A stretch of 64,000 nucleotides of DNA from assembly GCA_965204615.1 (NCBI GenBank), contig OZ242000.1, positions 3,223,913 through 3,287,912 of the forward strand, given 5' to 3'. Under the pieces are notes generated by a model, which ran no database searches, was not told the DNA's origin, and was given only the letters and a program-made list of their open reading frames with translations. How positions within the stretch are numbered: the first letter of the stretch is position 1; each line of letters opens with the position of its first letter. This DNA is from Acidimicrobiia bacterium (lineage in GTDB: Bacteria > Actinomycetota > Acidimicrobiia > Spongiisociales > ZC4RG35). A program made the translations under genes and the position numbers. This document shows, one piece after another, positions 34,189-43,109 of this stretch.

Positions 34189-34294
34189 CACGGATCCCGG
34201 CTGACCGGCGGGAACGGGATGGGTCTCTGAACAGACCTCCCCTCTTCCAAATTACCCGATCCTGAGCACCCAAAGCTATACCGTGGGCTGAATT

Positions 34295-35272
34295 GTGTCT
34301 GCGGAATCATCCCAGTGGCCTCCCGCGCTTGCCGAGGCGACCGCGGCGCGCGATGGCGACCAAGCCGCGCTTGGCTCCATCCTGACCAAGGGGCTGCCTC
34401 GGCTGGTGGCCTTCTTCCGGGGCCAGGGCCTCTCCCTGGCGGACGCCGAGGATGTGGCGAGCGACGTCTGCGAGTCCCTGGTGCGCTCCATCGGCCGCCT
34501 GAGGGCGCCCCAGGCCTTCGAGGCGTGGTTCTGGAGAATCGCCCGCTCCAAGTTCCACGACCACCTGCGACGGCGCCATCGGCCCCTCCCGGCGCCCGAT
34601 TTGGAGACCAGCAGGATGCAGCCCGAGGAGCATGCCCTGGACCGGGAGGACTTCCGAACGGTGCGGCTCGCATTCGCGCGCCTCGGTGCACGGGACCGGG
34701 AGCTGCTGTGGCTGCGCGAGGTGGAAGGTCTCTCCCATGCGGAGATCGGAGGCAGGGTATTCAAGAGGGAGGGCTCGGTGAGGGTGGCGATGCACCGGGC
34801 GCGGCGGCGGTTCGAGCAACTGTTGGAGGAGGAACAGCACAGGTCCCGCTCCCCGGAGTCCTACCAGGCGCCGGTGGTGTTGTTCATGGCCGCCGGCGAC
34901 TCCGACCGTTCCCAGATGGCCGCCGCCCTGCTGCGCACGATGGCCGCCGGTCCGGTGAGGGTGTACAGCGGCGGGTCGTCGCCCGCCTCGCGGGTGGACC
35001 CGAAGGCGGTGGCGGTCCTCTCGGAACGGGGAATAGACATCGCCGAGGCGCAACCCGCCCGGTTGAGCGCGGCGATGATCGAGGCGGCGGAGGTGGTGGT
35101 GGACCTCGGCGAGGAGAGTTCTCCGGTCACGGTGGGCAAGCGTCTCGTGCGGTGGCAGGTGGAGTCGCCGCGGGGAAAGGGCATCGAGGAAATGAGAAGA
35201 GCGCGGGACGAGATCGAGCGCCAGGTGTGGGAATTAATGATCACCTTGAACATCGAACCGCGAAAATTATGA
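34295..35272 (+). CDS. ECF sigma-70 factor fused to a C-terminal LMW-PTP/ArsC-fold domain lacking the catalytic cysteines
   Basis: The sigma-2 region (DAEDVASDVCESLVRSIGRL...FEAWFWRIARSKFHDHLRR) and sigma-4 region (ELLWLREVEGLSHAEIGGRVFKREGSVRVAMHRARRRF) are both present. The C-terminus aligns to ArsC/LMW-PTP (VLFMAAGDSDRSQMAAALL...VRVYSGGSSPA...GIDIAEAQPARL...). Its CX5R P-loop reads AAGDSDR. Confidence 0.6.
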   Translation: MSAESSQWPPALAEATAARDGDQAALGSILTKGLPRLVAFFRGQGLSLADAEDVASDVCESLVRSIGRLRAPQAFEAWFWRIARSKFHDHLRRRHRPLPAPDLETSRMQPEEHALDREDFRTVRLAFARLGARDRELLWLREVEGLSHAEIGGRVFKREGSVRVAMHRARRRFEQLLEEEQHRSRSPESYQAPVVLFMAAGDSDRSQMAAALLRTMAAGPVRVYSGGSSPASRVDPKAVAVLSERGIDIAEAQPARLSAAMIEAAEVVVDLGEESSPVTVGKRLVRWQVESPRGKGIEEMRRARDEIERQVWELMITLNIEPRKL

Positions 35273-35371
35273 AATTGGGGGTTACCGATATAGGGTTTTT
35301 GTGGCATAGTGAAAAAGGCAGGCCTGTTTCTTCGATGAGAAACGAAGCGAAAGAGGGATAGAGACCCGGCA

Positions 35372-36367
35372 GTGGTATCGCGATCGACCCTGAAAAAAAG
35401 TCAGGACACCAGAACGGAACGGCGGGTGCGCATAACCGATCAGATAACGGATGAGCGCGGCCGGCTGACTTCCGACCTGGTTGCCCAGTACCTGTCGGCC
35501 ATCAGTGAAACCGACCTGTTGGACGCCCAGCAGGAGGTGGAGTTGGCCCAGTTGATGGAGGCGGGTCGCCAGGCGGAGACGAAGCTGGAGACGGGCGAGT
35601 ACGAGACCTCCTCGGAAAAGAGACGCCTCGACCGGCAGAAGCGCCGCGGGGCGGCGGCGAAGAACCAGTTCGTGCAAGCCAACCTGCGGCTGGTGGTGCA
35701 CAATGCCCGTCGCTATCAGGGAGTGAGGGGAATCGACTTCCTGGACCTGGTGCAGGAAGGCAACCTGGGTCTGATCCGGGCGGTCGAGAAATTCGACTGG
35801 CGCAAAGGATTCAAATTCTCCACCTACGCAACTTGGTGGATCAAGCAGGCCATAACCCGGGCCATTGCCGACAAGTCCCGTACCGTGAGGATCCCCGCCC
35901 ACCTTCACGACACCTTGGCCAAGGTCCGACTGGCCCAGGGAATCCTGAAGGGAAAGCTCGGGCGTCTGCCCAATCCCGAGGAGATATCCCGGGAGACCGG
36001 CATCCGCATAGACCATGTGGAGCAGGCCCTGGTGCTGTCCGACACCGTCTCCCTGGAGGAGCCGGTGGGAGAGGACGGAGCACAGCGGGGCGACTTCATA
36101 GAGGACGGCGACGCCGATGATCCCGAGGCGATCGCCGAGGCCACCAGCGTGGCGATCGCCATGCGCAACTCCATCAAGAAGCTTCCCGATCGGGAGCGAA
36201 AGATCATGGAACTGCGGTACGGATTGGAGGATGGGATTCCCAAGGGACTGGATGAGATCGGAAGCCACTTCCAACTCACCCGGGAGCGGATCCGCCAGCT
36301 GGAGAAGTTGGCGCTGTGCCGGTTGCGACATCCCTCCTATGGGATACGCCAGCAGGATCTCATCTAG
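35372..36367 (+). CDS. Sigma-70 family RNA polymerase sigma factor (group 1/2, RpoD/SigB-like, lacking region 1.1)
   Basis: Region 2 [19 protein letters not shown], region 3 [13 protein letters not shown], region 4 [15 protein letters not shown]...[16 protein letters not shown]. Confidence 0.8.
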   Translation: MVSRSTLKKSQDTRTERRVRITDQITDERGRLTSDLVAQYLSAISETDLLDAQQEVELAQLMEAGRQAETKLETGEYETSSEKRRLDRQKRRGAAAKNQFVQANLRLVVHNARRYQGVRGIDFLDLVQEGNLGLIRAVEKFDWRKGFKFSTYATWWIKQAITRAIADKSRTVRIPAHLHDTLAKVRLAQGILKGKLGRLPNPEEISRETGIRIDHVEQALVLSDTVSLEEPVGEDGAQRGDFIEDGDADDPEAIAEATSVAIAMRNSIKKLPDRERKIMELRYGLEDGIPKGLDEIGSHFQLTRERIRQLEKLALCRLRHPSYGIRQQDLI

Positions 36368-36472
36368 GAGAATCCCCGCCTGGAACAAGCCTGTCTCCTG
36401 TGACAAGGAGGGGCAAGCTGTCGGCGTCTCCGACGGCGGCTCTCGAAACAACGCTGTCGTAGGCCTGCGAGG

Positions 36473-37846
36473 GTGGCATGTGAGGCGGCTTTGTTAGGGC
36501 AGGCATCCCGTCTCCGGTTCACGACAGGCGTTCTCCTGATGTTGGGGATCATGCTCTCTCTGGCCGCCCCGGCGATCGGCCAGTCGTCGGAGACGGTGGG
36601 CGCCAGGCTGCGCTACCAGAACGAGGAGGGAGAAAGGGTGCCGGTGGAGGGGGTGCGACTGTCGGTGACGACTCTCGACGGGGCCGAGATCGGATCGGGG
36701 ATCACCGACGAGGCCGGAGTCTTCGAGGTACCCGTGCCCGGCCCGGACTTCTATTCGGTGACCCTCGACGTCAGCACCCTTCCCGCGGGAATCCGGCTGC
36801 GCGAACCGGAACGGACCACGGTCGAGGTGGAGGTCCTGGAGGGCCGGGCCGGCAGGGTGATCTTCTCGCTGCTGGCGGGGGAGGCCCAGCCCATGGAGGA
36901 GAGTGGCGGGATATCGCTGCGGCGGGTGGCCCAACTCACCACCGAGGGGATCAAGCTGGGGCTGTTCCTGGGCATGGCGGCCATCGGGCTCTCCCTGGTG
37001 TTCGGCACCACGGGGTTGGTCAACTTCGCACACGGGGAGATGGTCACCTGGGGGATGCTCTCTGCCTACTTCTTCAATTACTACGGACTGGCCGGGGCGA
37101 TCGGATTCATGGCCGGGTGGTGGCCGCCCTTCGGTCAGGGGGTGAATCTGATACTGGCGGCCGTGATGGCGGTGATCATCGGAGGCGCCACCGGCTATCT
37201 GATGGACCGGTGGGTCTTCGGTCCTCTGCGGACCCGCGGGGTCAGTCTCATAGCCCAGATGGTGGTGACCATCGGGCTCTCCATCCTGGCTCGCTACATA
37301 TTCCTGTTCATCTTCGCCGGGAACCTGCGGTTCTTCCGCGACTACTCTGCCCAGAGCGCCCTGCAGATATGGATCATCGAGATCACCCCCAAGGACCTGA
37401 TCACGGTGATCCTGTCGGTGATGATCCTCATCGGAGTGGGGTTTTTCTTACAGCGCACCCACACCGGGAAGGCCATGCGGGCGGTGGCCGACAATCGCGA
37501 CCTGGCCGAGTCGTCGGGGATAAACGTGCAGCGGGTCATCAGAATCGTGTGGATAGGAGCGGGGGCGCTGGCCGGATTGGGCGGCGTGTTCATCGGACTG
37601 GCCGAGCAGTTGAGTTGGCTGATCGGTTTCCGGATGCTGCTCCTGATCTTCGCGGGGGTGGTCCTGGGAGGACTGGGAACCGCCTACGGGGCCTTGCTGG
37701 GGTGTCTCCTGGTGGGGGTCGGCATCCAACTCTCCACTCTGTTCATCCCGGTTGAGTTGAAGAACATCGGCGCCCTGGTGGTGCTGGCTCTCGTCCTGGT
37801 GCTGCGTCCCCAGGGCATCCTGGGCAGGAGGGAGCGGTTCGGGTAG
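36473..37846 (+). CDS. livH: Branched-chain amino-acid ABC transporter permease (LivH-like) with ~150-aa N-terminal signal peptide plus extracytoplasmic beta-sandwich-like extension
   Basis: C-terminal 300 aa is LivH-like (LGLFLGMAAIGLSLVFGTTGLVNFAHGEMVTWG...). The N-terminal extension has a signal peptide and a Cna-B/carboxypeptidase-regulatory-like segment (GVRLSVTTLDGAEIGSGITDEAGVFEVPV). Confidence 0.7.
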   Translation: MACEAALLGQASRLRFTTGVLLMLGIMLSLAAPAIGQSSETVGARLRYQNEEGERVPVEGVRLSVTTLDGAEIGSGITDEAGVFEVPVPGPDFYSVTLDVSTLPAGIRLREPERTTVEVEVLEGRAGRVIFSLLAGEAQPMEESGGISLRRVAQLTTEGIKLGLFLGMAAIGLSLVFGTTGLVNFAHGEMVTWGMLSAYFFNYYGLAGAIGFMAGWWPPFGQGVNLILAAVMAVIIGGATGYLMDRWVFGPLRTRGVSLIAQMVVTIGLSILARYIFLFIFAGNLRFFRDYSAQSALQIWIIEITPKDLITVILSVMILIGVGFFLQRTHTGKAMRAVADNRDLAESSGINVQRVIRIVWIGAGALAGLGGVFIGLAEQLSWLIGFRMLLLIFAGVVLGGLGTAYGALLGCLLVGVGIQLSTLFIPVELKNIGALVVLALVLVLRPQGILGRRERFG

Positions 37847-37848
37847 CC

Positions 37849-38859
37849 ATGACGCTGGCAGCGATCGACTGGGGTTTCATCCTGATCCAGACGGTGGAGA
37901 CATCCCTGGGTTTGGAGGCCGCGGTGTACGCGCTGGCCGCGGTGGGGCTCAATGTCCACTTCGGGTACGCCGGGCTCCTCAATTTCGGGCAGGTGGGCTT
38001 CGTGGCGATGGGCGCCTACGGGATGGGACTGTCGGTGACTCTCTGGAACCTGAATCCCCTGCTGGCGGTACTGGTGGGAATGGGATTCGCGACTGTCTTC
38101 GCGCTCATCCTGGGCGCTCCCACCCTTCGCCTGAGGGGCGACTACCTGGCGATCGTCACGATCGCCGCCGCGGAGATAATCCGGATTCTCGCTCGCTCCA
38201 CCACCCTGGGCGACATCACCCGGGGTGCGGAGGGACTTCACGGGTTCATCGGACCCTTCCGGGATCTGAACCCCTTCGATCCCAGCACCGAATACGGCAT
38301 CGGACCCCTCCAGGTGGGGGGCAACCAGTTCTTTGCGATCGTGCTGGGATGGGGCGTGACGGCCATCTGCCTGGTGCTGGTCTGGCGGTTGATGCGCAGT
38401 CCATGGGGAAGGGTCGTGAAGGCCATCCGGGAAGATGAGGACGCGGCGCGGGCCCTCGGTAAGAACGCCTACTGGTACAAGCTCCAGGCGCTGATCCTGG
38501 GTGGGGTGATCGGCGGGATGGCCGGCATGGTGCAGGCCATCGGGAAGGCCACCATCCAGCCCGACTCCTTCGTGCCCGCCTACACCTTCTTCTTCTGGAC
38601 GGTGTTGATCCTGGGAGGCGTGGGACGGATCTGGTCTCCGGTGGTGGGCGCCATGATCTTCTGGGCGATGCTCACCTTCTTCCAGGGGACCCTCATCGCC
38701 CTGGTGAACGAGGGTCTGATACCCACGGCGCTCATGGACCCGACCCAGGTGAACCAGATCCGCTTCATGCTGGTCGGGGTGGGGCTGGCGCTGCTGATGG
38801 TGTTCCGACCACAGGGCATATTCGGGTCCAGAGAGGAAATGATGCTGGATGCCCGGTAG
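37849..38859 (+). CDS. livM: Branched-chain amino-acid ABC transporter permease (LivM-like)
   Basis: Polytopic membrane protein. Gene order is livH-livM-livG-livF. Confidence 0.75.
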   Translation: MTLAAIDWGFILIQTVETSLGLEAAVYALAAVGLNVHFGYAGLLNFGQVGFVAMGAYGMGLSVTLWNLNPLLAVLVGMGFATVFALILGAPTLRLRGDYLAIVTIAAAEIIRILARSTTLGDITRGAEGLHGFIGPFRDLNPFDPSTEYGIGPLQVGGNQFFAIVLGWGVTAICLVLVWRLMRSPWGRVVKAIREDEDAARALGKNAYWYKLQALILGGVIGGMAGMVQAIGKATIQPDSFVPAYTFFFWTVLILGGVGRIWSPVVGAMIFWAMLTFFQGTLIALVNEGLIPTALMDPTQVNQIRFMLVGVGLALLMVFRPQGIFGSREEMMLDAR

Positions 38860-39769
38860 AAGTGTTTTCTCGCGGTGGGGAAGGATCCGGCGTCGTGAGG
38901 CGTTCGAACCCGATTTGGGGTGGGTACTGGAGGCGTCTCGCAGCAAGTGGATGGCAGAGCACACCACGGGCGTGACCAAGCCCGATCCCGCCCTGGTGAT
39001 CAAGAATCTGCGCCGGGCCTTCGGTGGCCTCATGGCGGTGGACGTGGACCATCTGGAGATCCAACGGGGAGTGATAACCGCCCTGATAGGTCCCAACGGA
39101 GCGGGCAAGACCACTCTCTTCAACCTGCTCACCGGCTTTGACCGCCCCGATTCGGGGTCGGTGCTCTTCGACGGGCGGGACATCGAACGGATGGGATCGC
39201 ATGAACGAGCCCGGAATGGCTTGGTACGCACCTTTCAGCTCACCAAGGCGCTCACCAAGCTCTCTGTGTTGGAGAACATGAAGCTGGGCGCCAAGGGCCA
39301 GGTGGGAGAGGGATTCGTCCGTTGCCTCTTCCCTCCACTGTGGCGGGCCCAGGAGAAGGCCATCGAGGAAAGAGCCATGGAACTTCTGGAGCGATTCTCC
39401 CTGGCTCACATGGCGTCGGACTACGCCGGCACCCTCTCGGGCGGCCAGCGCAAACTCCTGGAGATGGCCCGGGCTCTCATGTCCCGTCCGGCGGTGGTGA
39501 TGCTGGACGAACCGGTGGCGGGCGTCAATCCGGCTCTGACCCAATCCCTGCTGGAGCACGTCAGGGGGTTGCCCCGCGAGGGCATGACGGTGATCTTCGT
39601 GGAGCATGACATGGACGTGGTCTGGGACATCTCCGACTGGGTTGTCGTGATGGCGGAGGGAAGGGTGATCGCCGAGGGCCTGGCGGAGGACATTGGAAAG
39701 AACCGGGCCGTGATCGATGCCTATCTCGGTTCCGGTGAGGGGATCGAGAACGGCGAGGCCTCGGAATGA
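38849..39769 (+). CDS. livG: ABC transporter ATP-binding protein (LivG-like)
   Basis: Walker A GPNGAGKTTL, signature LSGGQRKLLEMARAL, Walker B VVMLDEP. Confidence 0.8.
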   Translation: MPGRSVFSRWGRIRRREAFEPDLGWVLEASRSKWMAEHTTGVTKPDPALVIKNLRRAFGGLMAVDVDHLEIQRGVITALIGPNGAGKTTLFNLLTGFDRPDSGSVLFDGRDIERMGSHERARNGLVRTFQLTKALTKLSVLENMKLGAKGQVGEGFVRCLFPPLWRAQEKAIEERAMELLERFSLAHMASDYAGTLSGGQRKLLEMARALMSRPAVVMLDEPVAGVNPALTQSLLEHVRGLPREGMTVIFVEHDMDVVWDISDWVVVMAEGRVIAEGLAEDIGKNRAVIDAYLGSGEGIENGEASE

Positions 39770-40512
39770 GCGCACCGTCGGGATCCGGTCCGCCGCTGGT
39801 GGAGTTGCGTCAACTGGTGGCCGGTTACCTGCCTGGGGTGGACATCCTGAGAGAGGTCGATCTTCTCCTCTATCCGGGTGAGATGATCGGGATAATCGGT
39901 CCCAACGGGGCGGGTAAGTCCACCCTGCTGAAGGCCCTGTTCGGGTTGCTGGAGGTTCGCTCGGGTGACGTGATCTTCAGAGGCGAATCCATCACCGGCC
40001 TCAACGCACACCAATTGGTGGCGAAGGGGATGGGATACGTGCCGCAACTCGACAATGTGTTTGCGGCGCTGACCGTGATGGAGAACCTGGAGGTGGGGGC
40101 GTACCTGGAGCCGGACAGGACCACCGAGCGCATGGAGAGGGTGGTGAACTTCTTCCCCAGGCTGGGAGAGCGTCTCGGGCAGCGAGCCGGGCTCCTGTCA
40201 GGTGGTGAACGGCAGATGCTGGCCATGGGACGGGCACTGATGATGAATCCCGACGTGCTGCTGCTGGACGAGCCGTCGGCGGGACTCTCTCCCGTGCTGC
40301 AGGACCAGGTCTTCACTCGGGCGAGGGACATCAACCGATCGGGAGTGGCGGTGATCATGGTGGAGCAGAACGCCCGCCGGTGCCTGCAGATCTGCCACCG
40401 CGCATACGTGCTGGACCATGGCCGCAATGCATACACGGGGACCGGGCGGAGCCTTCTCAATGACCCGAAGGTGATCGAACTCTACCTGGGCACCCTGGCC
40501 CGGGGAGATTGA
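39766..40512 (+). CDS. livF: ABC transporter ATP-binding protein (LivF-like)
   Basis: GPNGAGKSTLLKAL, LSGGERQMLAMGRALM, LLLDEPSAGL. Confidence 0.8.
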   Translation: MSAPSGSGPPLVELRQLVAGYLPGVDILREVDLLLYPGEMIGIIGPNGAGKSTLLKALFGLLEVRSGDVIFRGESITGLNAHQLVAKGMGYVPQLDNVFAALTVMENLEVGAYLEPDRTTERMERVVNFFPRLGERLGQRAGLLSGGERQMLAMGRALMMNPDVLLLDEPSAGLSPVLQDQVFTRARDINRSGVAVIMVEQNARRCLQICHRAYVLDHGRNAYTGTGRSLLNDPKVIELYLGTLARGD

Positions 40513-40585
40513 TCGACACAACTCTCAACATTCCGAGCAGGCCGGGTTCCCTGTGGACTTGGGAAGGTCTCGGTCGGTTTCGGGT

Positions 40586-42736
40586 TCAGGGTTGGGGGAT
40601 GAAGCTGGTGTTTCCTTCTCCCCAGATGTGGGGTCGGATGGCTACTCCGTTTATGAACAGGGCTGCTTCGGCGCGGGTGGCGTCCCGGTTGGGACAGAAC
40701 CGGGTGTGGTGGCATCCGGGTACCACCAGGAAGTCGGTCAGCCAGACCACCCCGTCGGAGTAGAAGTCTTCGGGTTGCACGTCGATGTAGAAGGAGGGCT
40801 GTCCCTGGTAGTCGGCTTCGGTGTGTCGGTACAGCAGGGTGGCCATCTGTCCTCTGGTGAGGGGGTCGGTGGGACAGAACCGCCAGGTGGGGTCGCCGTG
40901 GGCGCCGGGGGTGCATCCGATGGTGATCTGGTTGGAGACGGCCCAGCCGATGGCCTGGTCGGAGTAGCCGCCTTCTGTGACGTCGGCGAAGGCTTCCGAG
41001 CCCTGGTAGGTGGGGGTGGGTTTCCCGGCGGCTCTCCATAGGAAGGTGACGAATTGTTGGCGGGTGAGGGTCTGTTCGGGACAGAATCTGTCGGGTGCGC
41101 ATCCGGTGGTGACCCGGTGGAGGATCATCCAGGTCACGGCTGACTCGTACCACGCCCCTTCGGAAACGTCCTCGAACAGTTCCGAAGCTCCCGGCGGCAG
41201 GCTCTCGCTCACAGCCGTCTCCCCCCCGCCGCCGCCACCGGCGCTTCCCCCGCCGCCACCGGCGCTTCCCCCGCCGCCACCGGCGCTTCCCCCGCCGCCG
41301 CCGCCGGCGCTCCTGCCCCCGCCACCGGCGCTTCCGCTTCCGCCACCAGAGCTCCCACCACCACTCCGGGTCTGCTGTTGTGCCCGGCCGTGGTACCGCG
41401 CCACCGCGAAATCGTAGTTGCCGCCGATGCCGCTGTTCCCGGCCACCAGTATCTTCCCGTCGGGCTGCAGCGCCAAAGCGTACACCTGGTCTTCGCCGCC
41501 GATGTCCGTGCGCACCACCCCGTCGCCCCCGAACGACGTGTCCAGCGATCCGTTCGCGTTGTACCGCACCACCAGTTGGTCGTGGGAGGCGGGGGCGTCC
41601 CCGAGGGCGGCGTCGTAGAGGTACCCGGCCACCAGTATCTTCCCGTCGGGCTGCACCCCGCCCGCATAGCCGTACTCGCCGTAGCCCAGATCTGTGCGCA
41701 CCTTACCGTCGCCCCCGAACGATGTGTCCAGCGATCCGTCCGGGTTGTACCGCGCCACCTCGAAGTCCACCTCATCGTTGGTGTCGCTGAAACTGCGGCC
41801 CATCGCTACGATTTTCCCGTTGGGCTGCACCGCCAATTTGTAGATTCGGTCATTGCCGTTGCCGAAGTGCGTGGTCACCTTGCCGTTTGTGCCGAACGAT
41901 GTGTCCAGGGATCCGTTCTTGTTGTACCGCGCCAGCGCAAAATCCGATGAAACCTCTCCGCCGGGCTTGCTGGTGTAGCTGTACCCGGCCGCTACGATCT
42001 TCCCGTCGGACTGCAACGCCAGCGCCTGGCTTTGGTCACCCTGGGTCTTGCCCTGGGGGGGGGCGAACTCGGTAGTTACCTTGCCGTTTGTGCCGAAGGA
42101 GGTGTCCAGCGACCCGTCGGCGTTGTATCGCGCCACCCCGAAGTCGTAGGTGCCGCCGACAGTGACGGACCCGCTCACCACGATCTTCCCGTCGGGCTGC
42201 ACCGCCACCCCAAAGGCGTAGTCAAACCCGCCGTTGAAGTCGGTGGTCACCTTGCCGTTTGTGCCGAAGGAGGCGTCCAGCGTACCGTTTGCGTTGTATC
42301 GCGCCATCATGAAATCGTCGGAACGACGAGTGAAAGTGTGCCCGACGACCACGATCTTCCCGTCGGGCTGCAACGCCATTGAGTGAATGTGGGCGTGGTA
42401 GCCGAAGTCGGTGGTCACCTTGCCGTTTGTGCCGAAGGAGGTGTCCAGCTTTCCAGCAGCGTTGTACCGGACCACCGCGAAATCGAAACTGTGCCCTTCC
42501 TGTGTGTACCCGGCCGCCACGATCTTCCCGTCGGACTGCACGGTCACTGCACGGAGGTGCTCATGGAGGTTGTCGAAGTCGGTGGTGACTATGCCATCTC
42601 CGCCGAAGGACAGGTCCAGCGAGCCTGCGGAGACGGCCTGGGCCTGAGCGGGCACGGACGGCGTCTGAGAGACGAGGATGAGGAGCAGGCCCAGCAGCAG
42701 CCAGGCCCGTGGCGGGCGATCAGCCGCAAGCATCAC
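40586..42736 (-). CDS. Secreted delta-60-repeat beta-propeller protein with Gly/Ser-rich linker and C-terminal SLH domains
   Basis: Signal peptide. More than 10 repeats of DTSFG(T/G)(N/D)GKVTTDF (delta-60 repeat signature). GGGS linker. SLH-like C-terminal modules (FEDVSEGAWYESAVTWMILHRVTTG...; FADVTEGGYSDQAIGWAVSNQITIG...). Confidence 0.65.
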   Translation of the reverse strand: MMLAADRPPRAWLLLGLLLILVSQTPSVPAQAQAVSAGSLDLSFGGDGIVTTDFDNLHEHLRAVTVQSDGKIVAAGYTQEGHSFDFAVVRYNAAGKLDTSFGTNGKVTTDFGYHAHIHSMALQPDGKIVVVGHTFTRRSDDFMMARYNANGTLDASFGTNGKVTTDFNGGFDYAFGVAVQPDGKIVVSGSVTVGGTYDFGVARYNADGSLDTSFGTNGKVTTEFAPPQGKTQGDQSQALALQSDGKIVAAGYSYTSKPGGEVSSDFALARYNKNGSLDTSFGTNGKVTTHFGNGNDRIYKLAVQPNGKIVAMGRSFSDTNDEVDFEVARYNPDGSLDTSFGGDGKVRTDLGYGEYGYAGGVQPDGKILVAGYLYDAALGDAPASHDQLVVRYNANGSLDTSFGGDGVVRTDIGGEDQVYALALQPDGKILVAGNSGIGGNYDFAVARYHGRAQQQTRSGGGSSGGGSGSAGGGGRSAGGGGGGSAGGGGGSAGGGGGSAGGGGGGETAVSESLPPGASELFEDVSEGAWYESAVTWMILHRVTTGCAPDRFCPEQTLTRQQFVTFLWRAAGKPTPTYQGSEAFADVTEGGYSDQAIGWAVSNQITIGCTPGAHGDPTWRFCPTDPLTRGQMATLLYRHTEADYQGQPSFYIDVQPEDFYSDGVVWLTDFLVVPGCHHTRFCPNRDATRAEAALFINGVAIRPHIWGEGNTSFIPQP
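41215..41340. repeat. Tandem ~21-bp nucleotide repeat (CCGCCGCCACCGGCGCTTCCC) encoding the GGGGSAG linker
   Basis: At least four near-perfect tandem copies are visible within the delta-60/SLH gene. Confidence 0.55.
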
Positions 42737-43109
42737 ACACAGGGCCCTCTAAACAAGGTAAGGGGCGTAACGGGCATGGCCGCCCTCAGCAAGCGGCGCA
42801 CCCAACTGCTGTTGCTCCCGGTGTTGAACATGGCTGCCATACCTCCTATTAGCAACGGGTCTGAGACGAATGTACCCGCCTATCTCTATCACACATGTAA
42901 TATTCAGTGGCTTTTTGTATGATAGGCATATGGAATCCTGGTACAACCGGGCCGGGAACGGCTCCAACGCACCCAGCCCAGGAGGGAAGATCCGGTGAGC
43001 GCAGACCAGCGGGACCGGGACCACGAGACCGGCCTGCGCATCAACTGACAGCCCGGACTTCGACACGGCGCTCCAGGGCGTCCTCGACTCGTCTTTCCGA
43101 CGTAGTTTT

